Assembly (NCBI GenBank): GCA_051382295.1
Contig: JBBCAW010000021.1
Coordinates: forward strand, 32,001-96,000
Length of the DNA: 64,000 nt
Direction of reading: 5' to 3'
DNA from: Bdellovibrionota bacterium FG-1
Lineage (GTDB): Bacteria; Bdellovibrionota; UBA1018
Shown here: piece after piece, positions 48,357 to 58,176 of the stretch
Layout: every line of letters starts with the position of its first letter
Position numbering within the stretch: the first letter of the stretch is position 1
Made by a program: the position numbers and the translations under genes
Notes under the pieces: generated by a model
Told to the model about the DNA's origin: nothing
Database searches by the model: none
The model's input: the letters and a program-made list of their open reading frames with translations, nothing else

Positions 48357-51140
48357 ATGGTGGTGAGTTGTCCCAATCATCTGGAGTGGCCGCATCAGCT
48401 GAGACGAAAATTTCGCCTCATTATTTTTGACTGGGATAGCACTGCGGCTTTGGACCGCAAGGAGCGAGTACCCTTTTTGGCCCAGTCTTTGACGCAGTTA
48501 CTTCAAAAAGGGATTTTTGTCGTTATTGTCACCGGAACAAAATTGGATTCGGTGTTAGGGCAACTGAATGCCCTGATTTCAAACAAGGATTTGGCCACAA
48601 AACAAGCCCTTGTGCATCTTTTTATCTGTACCTATCGAGGGTCGGAGGTTTGGTCCTTCTCTGCGGGGGGGCACTTCAAAGTGGGCTTGATGGGTAAGTC
48701 CGACTCGGTGCGCTGGGTGTTTGAAAACGTGGTTCTGCCCAATGGAATGAAGCCTGAGACTGTGGCCGTGGTTGGCGATGAGTTGAACGGACAACAAGAT
48801 AATCGGGGGAGTGACGGCTGGATGCAAATTCCAGAGCTGGAGGACGCGACTTTCTTTTCAGTTGGCGCAATGTCCAGAGACCTGACCGAAGGCATTCTGA
48901 GTCTGGGGGGTGGGCCCTCTCGTTTTCAACAGTGGCTCGCCTATCAAGCGGAACTGGGAGCAGAATTTGGGCAAGGGGGAGTGGGCTTTTTTGAAGGCGT
49001 GCATGAGCCCACCTCCAATCCCTCGTGGTTGATCGAACAGGAAGGTTTTGATCCCTCGCGGGAGCACGAGATGGAAAGTCTTTTTTCGATTGGAAATGGG
49101 TTTTTGGGCGTGCGTGGGTCGACGGATCTGCCCATTCCCAGTTCTCAGTCTGAACTGTATTTAGCCGGCATTTACGATCACAAGGCCGCAGGTTTGGCTT
49201 ATTCTGAACCTGAGTTCCAGGCGGACGATAACCGCACAGATCCTTATGCCGAGCTGGTTTTATTTCCCTCCCCGTTTCGCTTGAGGATCCACTTGTCTAC
49301 CGAGCACGGCGATGCGCAGGAATTATGTCCAGGCTCGGGAGGTGGACAAGGACAGTTGCAGATGAGTTCTCACGAGCGCATTTTGGACATGAAGCAAGGC
49401 CTATTGTTTGAGACTTTTTCCTTTACTACTGATCTGGGCTGCGTGGTTTGGTTGCGATCATTGCGAATGGCTTCGCTGGTTGATCCGCATCTTTTGCTCC
49501 ATGAGCTTGAGATCCAAGTGACCCACGTCGGCCAAGTTAGTAACGAACCGATGTTAATGGAGGTTGATGCCGCTCCTCCTTTTTTGGACTTTTCGCTCAG
49601 TTATCCTCATCTCAAAGTACCTTTAAGTCGCCTAGGTCTGACCCTCGCGGAGCCCTGGAATTTTGAGACGTCCGCCTCTCGTTTTCAGGCTGTAATGGCG
49701 GCAAAAATGGCGATTAACGGAATGGAGCAGAGCGCCACGATCTTCCGGTTTCGGGCCGAACCAGGACATCGGATCGCTCTTCGGTCGATGTTCAGTGTGT
49801 TTTCTAACCGCGATGAAAATTTTGTGCTCGAATCGGCAAAAATCCATCTTCAAGAGAAGTCATGGGAGAGTTTTGATCAGGAGATTTTCAGGCATGTCAC
49901 TGCATGGAAACAGTTTTGGAAAAAAGCCGATCTTCGTTTTTCTGAGCAGCCCGCACTGATTCAGGCGCATCGGTACGGACTGTATCAATTACGGAGTGCC
50001 GCGCCCACAAACGATAGGTCTTCCGTGGGTGCGCGAGGTCTAACAGGGCGAGCGTATGAAGGGCATGTTTTTTGGGATGCTGAAATTTTCGTCTTTCCAT
50101 TTTACCTTTTTATGCTGCCGGAGGCGGCAAAAAACATTCTGCTTTATCGGTACCGTACTTTATCGGGGGCACGAAAGCGTGCCGCGGCATTGGGCTATCA
50201 AGGCGCTTGTTATGCTTGGGAGTCGACGGTTGATGGCGCGGATGTCACTCCTTCGGTCATTGTTTTGCTGCAATCAAAAAAAAGAGTGCCCATTTTTACG
50301 GGTTTTCAACAGATTCATATTACGGCCGACATCGCGTACGCGGTTTTTCGCTATTGGGACTTGACCGGTGATGATGCCTTTGTGCGGGACTTTGGAGCGG
50401 AAATTTTGATTGAAACGGCCCGTTTTTGGGTGAGTCGGGTTTCGGCAGTTTCGGAGAAAGATGGGCGAGTTCACATTTTAGGTGTCGTGGGGCCCGATGA
50501 GTATCATCATGACGTGAATGACAACGCCTATACCAATTGGATGGCGCGGCTCAATCTCAAACGGGCCGCTGAGTGTGTGGCCTGGCTAGAGGGCCAACAT
50601 CCGCGACGGATGCAAGAACTCAGGAGACAACTCGGGTTGCAACGGGATGAAATCCAAAATTGGAAAACCGTGGCCGAACTTCTCTATTTTCCGGAGCCTA
50701 ATCAGGAAGGAATCATTGAGCAGTTTGACGGATTTTTTTCCCTTTCAACCACCCAGCTGAGCGACAAAGAGCTTTTGCATGCGCCAGTGAATCGCTTGTT
50801 GAACTGGGAAGCTGTTAACCGACTTCGAGTGATCAAGCAAGCCGATGTTCTGATGATTCCCTTTTTATTCCCGGGGGTCTGGCCTAAAGACGTTTTGGAA
50901 AAAAATTACCGCTACTATTCTTTGATCACCGATCATGGGAGCAGTCTTTCGCCCGGTGTTCATGCCGCGATTGCAGCTGATTTAGGGTTGAAACAGGAGG
51001 CTGAGCACTATTGGGACGAAAGTCTCAACTTGGACCTTCAAAATTTGATGCAAAACACCTCGCTGGGAATCCATCTTGGCTGCATGGGCGGGACCTGGCA
51101 GGCATTATTTTTCCATTTCCTTAAGAAAGGAATCGCATGA
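48357..51140 (+). CDS. HAD-like domain + glycoside hydrolase family 65 fusion
   Basis: HAD motifs FDWDST, VTGT and VGDE; GH65 motifs ESLFSIGNGFLGVRG, GARGLTG..YEGHVFWD, GPDEYH, KQADV and HGSSLS. Confidence 0.88.
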   Translation: MVVSCPNHLEWPHQLRRKFRLIIFDWDSTAALDRKERVPFLAQSLTQLLQKGIFVVIVTGTKLDSVLGQLNALISNKDLATKQALVHLFICTYRGSEVWSFSAGGHFKVGLMGKSDSVRWVFENVVLPNGMKPETVAVVGDELNGQQDNRGSDGWMQIPELEDATFFSVGAMSRDLTEGILSLGGGPSRFQQWLAYQAELGAEFGQGGVGFFEGVHEPTSNPSWLIEQEGFDPSREHEMESLFSIGNGFLGVRGSTDLPIPSSQSELYLAGIYDHKAAGLAYSEPEFQADDNRTDPYAELVLFPSPFRLRIHLSTEHGDAQELCPGSGGGQGQLQMSSHERILDMKQGLLFETFSFTTDLGCVVWLRSLRMASLVDPHLLLHELEIQVTHVGQVSNEPMLMEVDAAPPFLDFSLSYPHLKVPLSRLGLTLAEPWNFETSASRFQAVMAAKMAINGMEQSATIFRFRAEPGHRIALRSMFSVFSNRDENFVLESAKIHLQEKSWESFDQEIFRHVTAWKQFWKKADLRFSEQPALIQAHRYGLYQLRSAAPTNDRSSVGARGLTGRAYEGHVFWDAEIFVFPFYLFMLPEAAKNILLYRYRTLSGARKRAAALGYQGACYAWESTVDGADVTPSVIVLLQSKKRVPIFTGFQQIHITADIAYAVFRYWDLTGDDAFVRDFGAEILIETARFWVSRVSAVSEKDGRVHILGVVGPDEYHHDVNDNAYTNWMARLNLKRAAECVAWLEGQHPRRMQELRRQLGLQRDEIQNWKTVAELLYFPEPNQEGIIEQFDGFFSLSTTQLSDKELLHAPVNRLLNWEAVNRLRVIKQADVLMIPFLFPGVWPKDVLEKNYRYYSLITDHGSSLSPGVHAAIAADLGLKQEAEHYWDESLNLDLQNLMQNTSLGIHLGCMGGTWQALFFHFLKKGIA

Positions 51141-52000
51141 GACCGCTTCCGTGGGATTGTGTTTGGGCCCCGGTGTTTCCTGATCAAGAGCCAGAAGAGG
51201 TCGAACTTTTTGTGCGAAACAGCGTCAGTCTGGCGGGATGGTTGGGTGCGCAGATTTATTGGCTTGTATCAGAGTCTCAGAAGAATGACTTTCAAAGGTG
51301 GGCCGAATTTGCTTCTTCAAAAGTGCGGTGTTCTATCATCCCTCTGTCGGGGCAATTTATGCAAGGGGTTCTCAAACTTGTTTCACAATCAGCAGACTCA
51401 GAAAGAGGGCTCCTGCTTCTGAGCGCTAAAAGTCCGAGTCTGTTTGAGCTATTAGAGCAATGTTCATTGCCGGTATGGATTGTGCCGGCGGGTCTAAGAA
51501 TGAAGCCTGATCCTATTCATGCCATCTGGGTACCCATGAGTGGGGAAAAGCGGGATAGCGAGGCTCTTGATTTCGGAATCCGCCTGGCGAATCAGCATGG
51601 CCTTCCCGTGGATATCCTTCACGTCACGAGTTCCCAACCTAAGAACGAGTGTGATGAGTCCGTTCTAGGCCATATTCGTGACCAATTTCATCATGAGTAC
51701 CCCCGCTTAGTGGAGGAGCTGGTGGTCGAAGGAAGTCCCCTGTCTACCCCGCGTGAAAGACAGGTGATTCGAGAATTTTGCCATTCTTATGGAGACGTTA
51801 TTGAAGAGATCAAATGGAGGGTGAGGCAAAATAACGAAAGCTTATTGCTTTTTGAGTGGAAGGGAGTTCTAAAAAAGGGTCGGGCTGAAAAAATAAAACT
51901 TTTACTGCGCCATGCGAGAGGGCCGGTTTTGCTGATTCGAGAGCGCACCCGAGCGCGGAGTCGGCTGAAAATCGGCCGTCATTTTGGGGCTACGGGCTGA
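51137..52000 (+). CDS. Universal-stress-protein-like (tandem USP) protein
   Basis: LLEQCSLPVWIVP, IWVPMSG..DSEAL...VDILHV and LLRHARGPVLLIR. Confidence 0.6.
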   Translation: MRPLPWDCVWAPVFPDQEPEEVELFVRNSVSLAGWLGAQIYWLVSESQKNDFQRWAEFASSKVRCSIIPLSGQFMQGVLKLVSQSADSERGLLLLSAKSPSLFELLEQCSLPVWIVPAGLRMKPDPIHAIWVPMSGEKRDSEALDFGIRLANQHGLPVDILHVTSSQPKNECDESVLGHIRDQFHHEYPRLVEELVVEGSPLSTPRERQVIREFCHSYGDVIEEIKWRVRQNNESLLLFEWKGVLKKGRAEKIKLLLRHARGPVLLIRERTRARSRLKIGRHFGATG

Positions 52001-52927
52001 GGGTTGGCCATGTTGAAGTAAAAGCTTCATGACTTCTAGGTCTTGATCAATACGATCTCTGGGGTCAAAGCCTAAGAGACGGGCGACCAGGTATCCCAGC
52101 GCTCCAGCGGGCGGCGCATAAGAAAGCTCGATATGGAGCCGGGTGCCCCCCGTTTCAATTGATTCAAATTGAACGCTTCCTTCGGTTGCGATCAAAGAAC
52201 CAGGGATACTTTTCCAGGCGATCCTTTGGTTGGGTATCAGGTCAAAAACACTCGTTTCCCAGTGGACTTGCGCCCCACCGGGCGCTTTGGCCGCCCACCT
52301 TAATACGCCAGAATCATTGATTTGGACGTCTCGAATAAAGGACATAAAGCGCGGATAGTTTTTGAATTGGCTCCAGAAGCTGTAGGCTTCCTCCACGTTC
52401 GTTGAGACTGAAAGAGTTCTTTTCATCTGAATGACTGGAAGAATCAAGCTTCCGATGACCTGAGTGATGTCTCGATTGGTCATTGCGCGAGAAAGCAGGA
52501 GGCCGCCGATCCCTAGGGAAAGCAAACTCCCTAAGCCGGCCTTCTTTTCCTTCGTTCGGAAGCCTTGGATCATAATCATGACCCCCGACAGCCCTGCTAA
52601 AGCACGAAGCCAGGGGGCCCAACGACCGGCAATAAACCCGGGTTGGTAGCCGAAGCGGTTTTCTGGCAGATGTCCTGATGACGGTTTGTCAGAAGAGGAG
52701 TTCATGACTTCCAAATGATGGATGACGGGCGTGACCCCTACAAGCTTCTTAGCTATTTCTAGGATCGAGTGAACCTCATCGTCAAAAACTGAGCCCGCTA
52801 AAAAAACCTGGCCATCGTAAACGCTCGCTTCGATGAGTCCGGGGTGAGTCAAAATCTGATCGAGTTTGGCACGTAATTCCGCAGTTTTCTGTGAATCAGT
52901 GGAAGGAGGAGGAGTGGGCCGTGACAT
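51902..52927 (-). CDS. BON domain + SRPBCC (cyclase/dehydrase-like) protein
   Basis: BON-like IEASVYDGQVFLAGSV...GVTPVIHHL; SRPBCC-like AYSFWSQFKNYPRFM, RIAWKS and LSYAPPAG. Confidence 0.8.
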   Translation of the reverse strand: MSRPTPPPSTDSQKTAELRAKLDQILTHPGLIEASVYDGQVFLAGSVFDDEVHSILEIAKKLVGVTPVIHHLEVMNSSSDKPSSGHLPENRFGYQPGFIAGRWAPWLRALAGLSGVMIMIQGFRTKEKKAGLGSLLSLGIGGLLLSRAMTNRDITQVIGSLILPVIQMKRTLSVSTNVEEAYSFWSQFKNYPRFMSFIRDVQINDSGVLRWAAKAPGGAQVHWETSVFDLIPNQRIAWKSIPGSLIATEGSVQFESIETGGTRLHIELSYAPPAGALGYLVARLLGFDPRDRIDQDLEVMKLLLQHGQPSARSPKMTADFQPTPRSGALSNQQNRPSRMAQ

Positions 52928-52977
52928 GAGTACATGGGAAGCAAGGAAGGTGCCTATGCGACATCTTTAGCAGTCGA

Positions 52978-53283
52978 CTAAGTGCCTTTTCGAGGGTTTC
53001 GTTTCGCCTTAATTCTGGCTGCGGCTGCAGCCCCTCGCTCTTCGAGCGGGAGGCTGTCATCCTCTGAGCCAATCACTTTTCGTTTGAGGGCGACATTTTT
53101 TGATCGCCCTTCTGCCAATAGATCTTCGATTGCCCGAACCTCGTCCTCAAGTTCCCACTTAGCCAAGGTCATAATGGCCAAATCTTCATGGGATTCTGGC
53201 GCTTTCATGCTTTCGTGGACCTTGATCTTGTGGCGCAAACCCAAGGATCGTTGAAGGAGTTCAAGCTTTCGCAGTTTATCCAT
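52978..53283 (-). CDS. Hypothetical protein
   Basis: ATG 1 nt after the acnA stop; helical, basic protein of about 100 aa. Confidence 0.7.
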   Translation of the reverse strand: MDKLRKLELLQRSLGLRHKIKVHESMKAPESHEDLAIMTLAKWELEDEVRAIEDLLAEGRSKNVALKRKVIGSEDDSLPLEERGAAAAARIKAKRNPRKGT

Positions 53284-53284
53284 T

Positions 53285-55987
53285 TTATTTTCCCAACTGT
53301 TGGCGAAGAACGTAAGGGAGAATTCCCCCATGACGGAAATACTCAACTTCGTTCGGGGTGTCGATGCGCGAACGGGTCGTAAATTCGTGGGTTTTTCCAG
53401 AGCTGTCCGTCGCTTTGACTTTTACATCCGCACCGGGAGTCACCTGGCCCAATCCCAAGATTTCATAAGTTTCTTCGCCGGTCAGGCCGAGTGTTTTAGC
53501 GCTTTCGCCGTCTTTGAATTGAAGAGGAAGAATACCCATTCCGACGAGGTTTGAGCGATGAATTCGTTCAAAACTTTCGGCAATGACGGCTCGAATGCCT
53601 TGGAGCTTAGGACCTTTTGCCGCCCAATCGCGGGATGATCCTGTACCGTATTCTTTGCCCGCAATGACAATGGTGGGGATTTTATCAGCCATATATTGCA
53701 TGGCTGCATCGAAAATGGACATCTGCTTACCTTCGGGCAAGTGACGAGTCACGCCACCCTCAACCCCCGGAACAAGGAGGTTTTTGAGGCGCACATTGGC
53801 AAAGGTTCCTCGCACCATGACTTCGTGGTTTCCCCGGCGAGCGCCATAGGAGTTAAAGTCTTTGGGGGCAACACCTTTGGCGACCAAGTATTGGCCAGCG
53901 GGGCTCTCCTTTTTGAACGAACCTGCCGGAGAGATGTGATCGGTCGTTACTGAGTCACCTAATAAAGCCAGGACGCGGGCTGCATGAATGTCGGTGACGG
54001 GTACCGGAGTGGCGGTGATTCCGTCAAAGAAAGGCGGCTGTTTGATGTAGGTGGATGAAGTGTCCCACTTGTAAAGGTCGCCTGTAGGAACCTGAATGTC
54101 TTGCCATTGCTGCTCACCGCGGAAAACATCGGCGTAGCTCTTGGCAAACTGTTGGGAGGTCACGAACCGACCTACATAGTCAGCCACTTGCTCGTTAGTT
54201 GGCCAAATGTCCTTGAGGTATACGGCTGTTCCATTGACGTCTTTACCGAGCGGCTCATGGGTGAGATCAATTCGCATGGTACCTGCGATGGCGTAAGCCA
54301 CGACCAAGGGGGGTGAGGCCAAGTAATTGGAGCGAACGTTCGGATGGATTCGTCCTTCAAAATTCCGGTTACCAGAAAGGACGGCCGCTACGGCGAGGTC
54401 GCCCTTAACCACCGCATCCTGAATGTGATCGGGCAGAGGGCCTGCGTTTCCGATACAAGTGGTGCAGCCGTAGCCCACGACATGAAACTTGAGGGCTTCC
54501 AAAGAGCTTAAAAGGCCGGCCTCTTTGAGGTAGTCTGTCACCACTTTAGATCCCGGAGCCAAGGAACTCTTCACCCAAGGCTTGATGTTGAGTCCCTTTG
54601 AAACTGCATTTTTGGCTAAAAGTCCTGCAGCAATTAAGACACTCGGGTTGGAGGTATTGGTGCAGCTTGTGATTGCGGTGATGACTACGGCACCCTGTTC
54701 GAGACAATAGTTTTGCCCCGAAGGAGCTTTGACTTCAACTGAAGTCATCTTTTGTTTTTCAAACTCTGCCCCTTGAAGTTGAGGATAATAAGAGGGCAAT
54801 GCTTTCTCGAAAGATTCGCGGGCTTGAGCGAGAGCGACCCTGTCTTGCGGGCGAGCGGGACCTGCTAAGGCAGGCTCTACCTTCCCCAAATCCAGTTCAA
54901 GGGTGTCCGTGTAGGTAGGGTCGGCTTGTGAGCCATCGTACCAGAGTCCTTGCTCTTTAAAATAGGCTTCGACGACGGCCACGCGGTCGCCGCGTCCGGT
55001 GAGTTTCATATAGTCCATCGTCTTAGTGTCTACCGGGAAAATGCCGCAGGTTGCGCCGTATTCGGGAGCCATATTGGCAATCGTGGCGCGGTCTGCAAGG
55101 GTGAGACTGGCTAGGCCTGGTCCATAAAACTCGACAAACTTGCCGACCACGCCTTTTTTGCGAAGCATTTGAGTGACCATGAGCACGAGGTCGGTTGCGG
55201 TGGTGCCAGCGGCCGGTTTGCCGATGAGCTTGAATCCGACGACTTGTGGAATGAGCATCGTGCAAGGCTGGCCTAGAAGTGCGGCTTCGGCTTCGATTCC
55301 GCCGACTCCCCAGCCCAGGCATCCCAGGCCGTTGATCATGGTGGTATGAGAGTCCGTGCCCACCATGGTGTCGGGGTAAAGCCAGTTTTCGCCGCCAATC
55401 TGGCGCTCCATCGCAACGTGCGAAAGAAATTCGAGATTCACTTGGTGCACGATGCCGGTGTCCGGAGGAACTACGCGAAAATTTTTGAAGGCGGTTTGGC
55501 CCCAGCGCAAAAATTCGTAACGCTCTTTATTGCGTTCAAATTCAAGGTCGGCGTTGTCCTTCAATGCCGAAGAACTTCCGAAATGATCGACCTGGACAGA
55601 GTGGTCGATCACAAGATCGGCCGGCTGAAGAGGATTAATCCGGTCGGGGTTGCCGCCCAGACGCTGAACAGCGGCGCGCATAGCCGCAAGGTCCGCGACA
55701 CAGGGTACGCCGGTAAAATCTTGCATCAAAACCCGCGCCGGCATGAATTGAATTTCAGTGTCAGGTTCGGCTTTGGCCTTCCAGTTCGCGAGCGCTTCGA
55801 TGTCCTTCTTTTTAACGGCGACGTTGTCTTCTTGCCGGAGGAGGTTTTCGAGTAAAATTTTCAGCGAGAAGGGGAGCTTACCGAGGGGAATCTGTTTTCC
55901 AAACTCCTTGAGTGAGTGGAAGCGGTAGGCTTTTCCGGCTACGTTTAAAGTTGAAAGTGTTTTGAAGCTGTTGATATTGTGCGTCAT
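53285..55987 (-). CDS. acnA: Aconitate hydratase A
   Basis: Motifs RVLMQDFTGVP, DHSVQVD, GTDSHT, ITSCTNTSNP, GYGCTTCIGN, TTDHISPAG and GSSRDWAAKG. Confidence 0.98.
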   Translation of the reverse strand: MTHNINSFKTLSTLNVAGKAYRFHSLKEFGKQIPLGKLPFSLKILLENLLRQEDNVAVKKKDIEALANWKAKAEPDTEIQFMPARVLMQDFTGVPCVADLAAMRAAVQRLGGNPDRINPLQPADLVIDHSVQVDHFGSSSALKDNADLEFERNKERYEFLRWGQTAFKNFRVVPPDTGIVHQVNLEFLSHVAMERQIGGENWLYPDTMVGTDSHTTMINGLGCLGWGVGGIEAEAALLGQPCTMLIPQVVGFKLIGKPAAGTTATDLVLMVTQMLRKKGVVGKFVEFYGPGLASLTLADRATIANMAPEYGATCGIFPVDTKTMDYMKLTGRGDRVAVVEAYFKEQGLWYDGSQADPTYTDTLELDLGKVEPALAGPARPQDRVALAQARESFEKALPSYYPQLQGAEFEKQKMTSVEVKAPSGQNYCLEQGAVVITAITSCTNTSNPSVLIAAGLLAKNAVSKGLNIKPWVKSSLAPGSKVVTDYLKEAGLLSSLEALKFHVVGYGCTTCIGNAGPLPDHIQDAVVKGDLAVAAVLSGNRNFEGRIHPNVRSNYLASPPLVVAYAIAGTMRIDLTHEPLGKDVNGTAVYLKDIWPTNEQVADYVGRFVTSQQFAKSYADVFRGEQQWQDIQVPTGDLYKWDTSSTYIKQPPFFDGITATPVPVTDIHAARVLALLGDSVTTDHISPAGSFKKESPAGQYLVAKGVAPKDFNSYGARRGNHEVMVRGTFANVRLKNLLVPGVEGGVTRHLPEGKQMSIFDAAMQYMADKIPTIVIAGKEYGTGSSRDWAAKGPKLQGIRAVIAESFERIHRSNLVGMGILPLQFKDGESAKTLGLTGEETYEILGLGQVTPGADVKVKATDSSGKTHEFTTRSRIDTPNEVEYFRHGGILPYVLRQQLGK

Positions 55988-56044
55988 ATAGTGAGAGTCT
56001 CCCCACTCACTCTTTCGCACAAAAGATGAGCAGACGTCCAGTCA

Positions 56045-56213
56045 GGAATTCCCGGCGAGGATGTCGGGGTCGGCCTTCCCCCTTTGCAGCACTTCCTGTG
56101 CTGCAAGTGCCCTTTTGGGCACTCGGGCTTCTCGAACAATCCTGTTCTCGAAGGGCCTCCGCGCGAAAAGCGCTTCCTGCGCGCGCGGATCCCCTCATCT
56201 CGCCGGGAATTCC
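56045..56213. repeat. 169-bp element with 15-bp perfect terminal inverted repeats and internal hairpins (MITE/REP-like or structured RNA)
   Basis: GGAATTCCCGGCGAG (56045-56059) pairs with CTCGCCGGGAATTCC (56199-56213). Internal hairpins: TTGCAGCAC-TTCCT-GTGCTGCAA, AGTGCCC-TTTT-GGGCACT and GAACA-ATCC-TGTTC. Confidence 0.75.
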
Positions 56214-56337
56214 CTATGTGGGTCCGGAACAAAAAAGCCACAAAGTTAGAAGCCGATGCCGGCGCCGCCGCTGAGCGTAAATTAGGTATCACGAAGGCGA
56301 CCGTTGGCGAGCGGCCCGAAGTCCTACCCCGATTCTG

Positions 56338-57363
56338 TTACTTCGATTCTGAGTGTTCTAGCGCTGCAATGTCATGCTGAAATACTTTTGTTCGAATGAG
56401 TTCTTTGAGTTCATTGAAATTAAAAAGACCCTTGTTACATAGGTACCCGTAACGATCAGCAACATCGACGAAGTGCACGAGTTGAGCATAGGTTAGGCCC
56501 GGCACGTAATTTTTCACCTTATTATAGAGATGGAAAATAGTTTGACCGCCACCATGATGACTTTCATAAATCATACCGGCCATTTCCTTGGCTTCAGCTA
56601 GCTTTATTTCGTAGGTCGCCTTTTCTACCGCCGGCCAAACTCCTAGAGTCAGCAAACCCTTGAAAAAAGTAGCGCTCACACTGCCCTCGTTGCCGTAGTT
56701 TTCAAGCTCGCGGTCGTGGTTCCATCTCCAGTTAATCATGCGCACGCTGAGTGTATAGGAGTCGATACAGCCTGAATAGTCCTGTGTGTTGGAGGGTTTC
56801 TTGACTGAAAGTCTCAGTACAGTTTCAGGCACGAGATAATCGGAAATCTGGTCCGAAATCCCGTAATCCGAAGAGGCACCACGATTGTGTTCGACTGCAG
56901 CGAGTCCGGCGTATTCGTGATGAATGAGTCGATATTGTTTCGGCGCAGCCGTCGCGGCGAACCGCTCGGTGTTGCAAAGGATGTGGGGCAGACTATCTTT
57001 GACAGAAATGAAGCCTCGGCAGGTTTTGAATTGTCCATTCACACTTACCTTGAGTTCCTCATCTTGGGTGGCGGCTTCTTCTGCCAGCGTGACTGTCCCA
57101 ATTACAACAGCATGGCGAGGAAGGACTTTTCCCATTCCGCTGGCATAGCTCTCGTAAGTGACCGAGGGAGGAAGGGCTAGGCCACGAGCGCCCCCTTCGC
57201 TGATCCATTTCAAGAGATCCGCACGGATCTCATCGATCCTCATTTCGGAGGTAGCATCGCCGCCTCCGCCAGCGCCAACGCCGGCAAATGCCACGGGCAA
57301 GTTCAGCAAAGACGTGGCAAGCACTCCAAACATAAAATAGCGGGACACGGTAAGGAATTTCAT
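56338..57363 (-). CDS. Hypothetical secreted protein
   Basis: Signal peptide ending AFA followed by GVGAGGGGD; LIHHEYAGL..VE motif; start set to ATG 57363. Confidence 0.75.
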   Translation of the reverse strand: MKFLTVSRYFMFGVLATSLLNLPVAFAGVGAGGGGDATSEMRIDEIRADLLKWISEGGARGLALPPSVTYESYASGMGKVLPRHAVVIGTVTLAEEAATQDEELKVSVNGQFKTCRGFISVKDSLPHILCNTERFAATAAPKQYRLIHHEYAGLAAVEHNRGASSDYGISDQISDYLVPETVLRLSVKKPSNTQDYSGCIDSYTLSVRMINWRWNHDRELENYGNEGSVSATFFKGLLTLGVWPAVEKATYEIKLAEAKEMAGMIYESHHGGGQTIFHLYNKVKNYVPGLTYAQLVHFVDVADRYGYLCNKGLFNFNELKELIRTKVFQHDIAALEHSESK

Positions 57364-57381
57364 AAAACACTTTCTCTTTCT

Positions 57382-57516
57382 GGGCTGCACCAGCGGTCTG
57401 CACTCTAGTGGAGTTGACTTAATAAGTCAACTATTATCGTTCTCAGCATCCCCTTTCCGAATTTCCGAGGATGCCGAGAACGGTCAGCGATTCTCCCCGG
57501 TCGTCAGGTGCAGCCC
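57382..57516 (-). promoter_or_regulatory. Candidate structured 5' leader RNA (multi-stem)
   Basis: Closing stem GGGCTGCACC/GGTGCAGCCC, a 14-bp stem at 57438-57451/57469-57482 (G-U wobble only on the minus strand) and palindrome AGTTGACTTA-A-TAAGTCAACT. Confidence 0.45.
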
Positions 57517-57623
57517 GAAGGGACTGGGGATTCTTGCTGACGAACGGGTTATATAATGCGGTGCGCCTTACGGATAGATCAATTTTAGCTAATTTGATCT
57601 GCTGAATTTAGTTTTTTGTCTAA

Positions 57624-58176
57624 TAGTACCTTAGAAGATCCCCGGACGTAAGTCCGGGGGTGTATAAGGCTCCCAGGTCTTCTTTTCGTGGTAGAAGCTC
57701 GGTTCATGAGACTACGGAGACAAGCCCACTGCGTATACCGCACGATGTATCACATTGTATGGATACCGAGATATCGATACGCAGTGCTAAACAAGGGTGT
57801 AGCAGCGTACTTGTTGATAAAGTTGGATGAAGTTAGAAAATATCATCCTGAAATTGAATATATTGAGCGGAATGTCCAGCCCGACCACGTTCATATCGTT
57901 GTAAGTTTCCCGCCCAAATATAGCATCTCGCGCGTCGTGCAGCTAATGAAGCAAAACACAGGCCGCGAGCTGCGAGCAAAATTTGAGTTCATACGCAAAC
58001 GTTATTACGGGCGAGGGGGGATGTGGTCGGCTGGGTATTTCGCGTCGACCGTGGGCTTGGACGAGGAGATGATAAAGCGGTACGTGAAGTATCAGCAAAA
58101 AGAAGACCTGGGACAAGCGGAGCTTGCATTGCCCCCTGGTTCCCGAGTGCCACGGACGTAAGTCCGTGGATATCTA
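57624..58176 (+). mobile_element. IS200/IS605-family insertion sequence (tnpA only); ends approximate
   Basis: Subterminal hairpins CCCCGGAC-GTAA-GTCCGGGG (57640-57659) and CCACGGAC-GTAA-GTCCGTGG (58150-58169) flank a Y1 transposase. Ends inferred from the IS608 guide/cleavage rules (AGAT/CTAA; GAGT/TCTA). Confidence 0.85.
57706..58161 (+). CDS. tnpA: IS200/IS605 family Y1 (HUH) transposase
   Basis: YHIVWIPRYR, HUH motif DHVH, PPKYSIS, WSAGYFASTVG and the catalytic YVKYQ. Confidence 0.96.
   Translation: MRLRRQAHCVYRTMYHIVWIPRYRYAVLNKGVAAYLLIKLDEVRKYHPEIEYIERNVQPDHVHIVVSFPPKYSISRVVQLMKQNTGRELRAKFEFIRKRYYGRGGMWSAGYFASTVGLDEEMIKRYVKYQQKEDLGQAELALPPGSRVPRT

Noticed and set aside
56007..56380. 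Several short ORFs across the acnA upstream region
   Set aside because: They arise from the GC-rich palindromic element and have low-complexity Arg/Pro/Ser translations.
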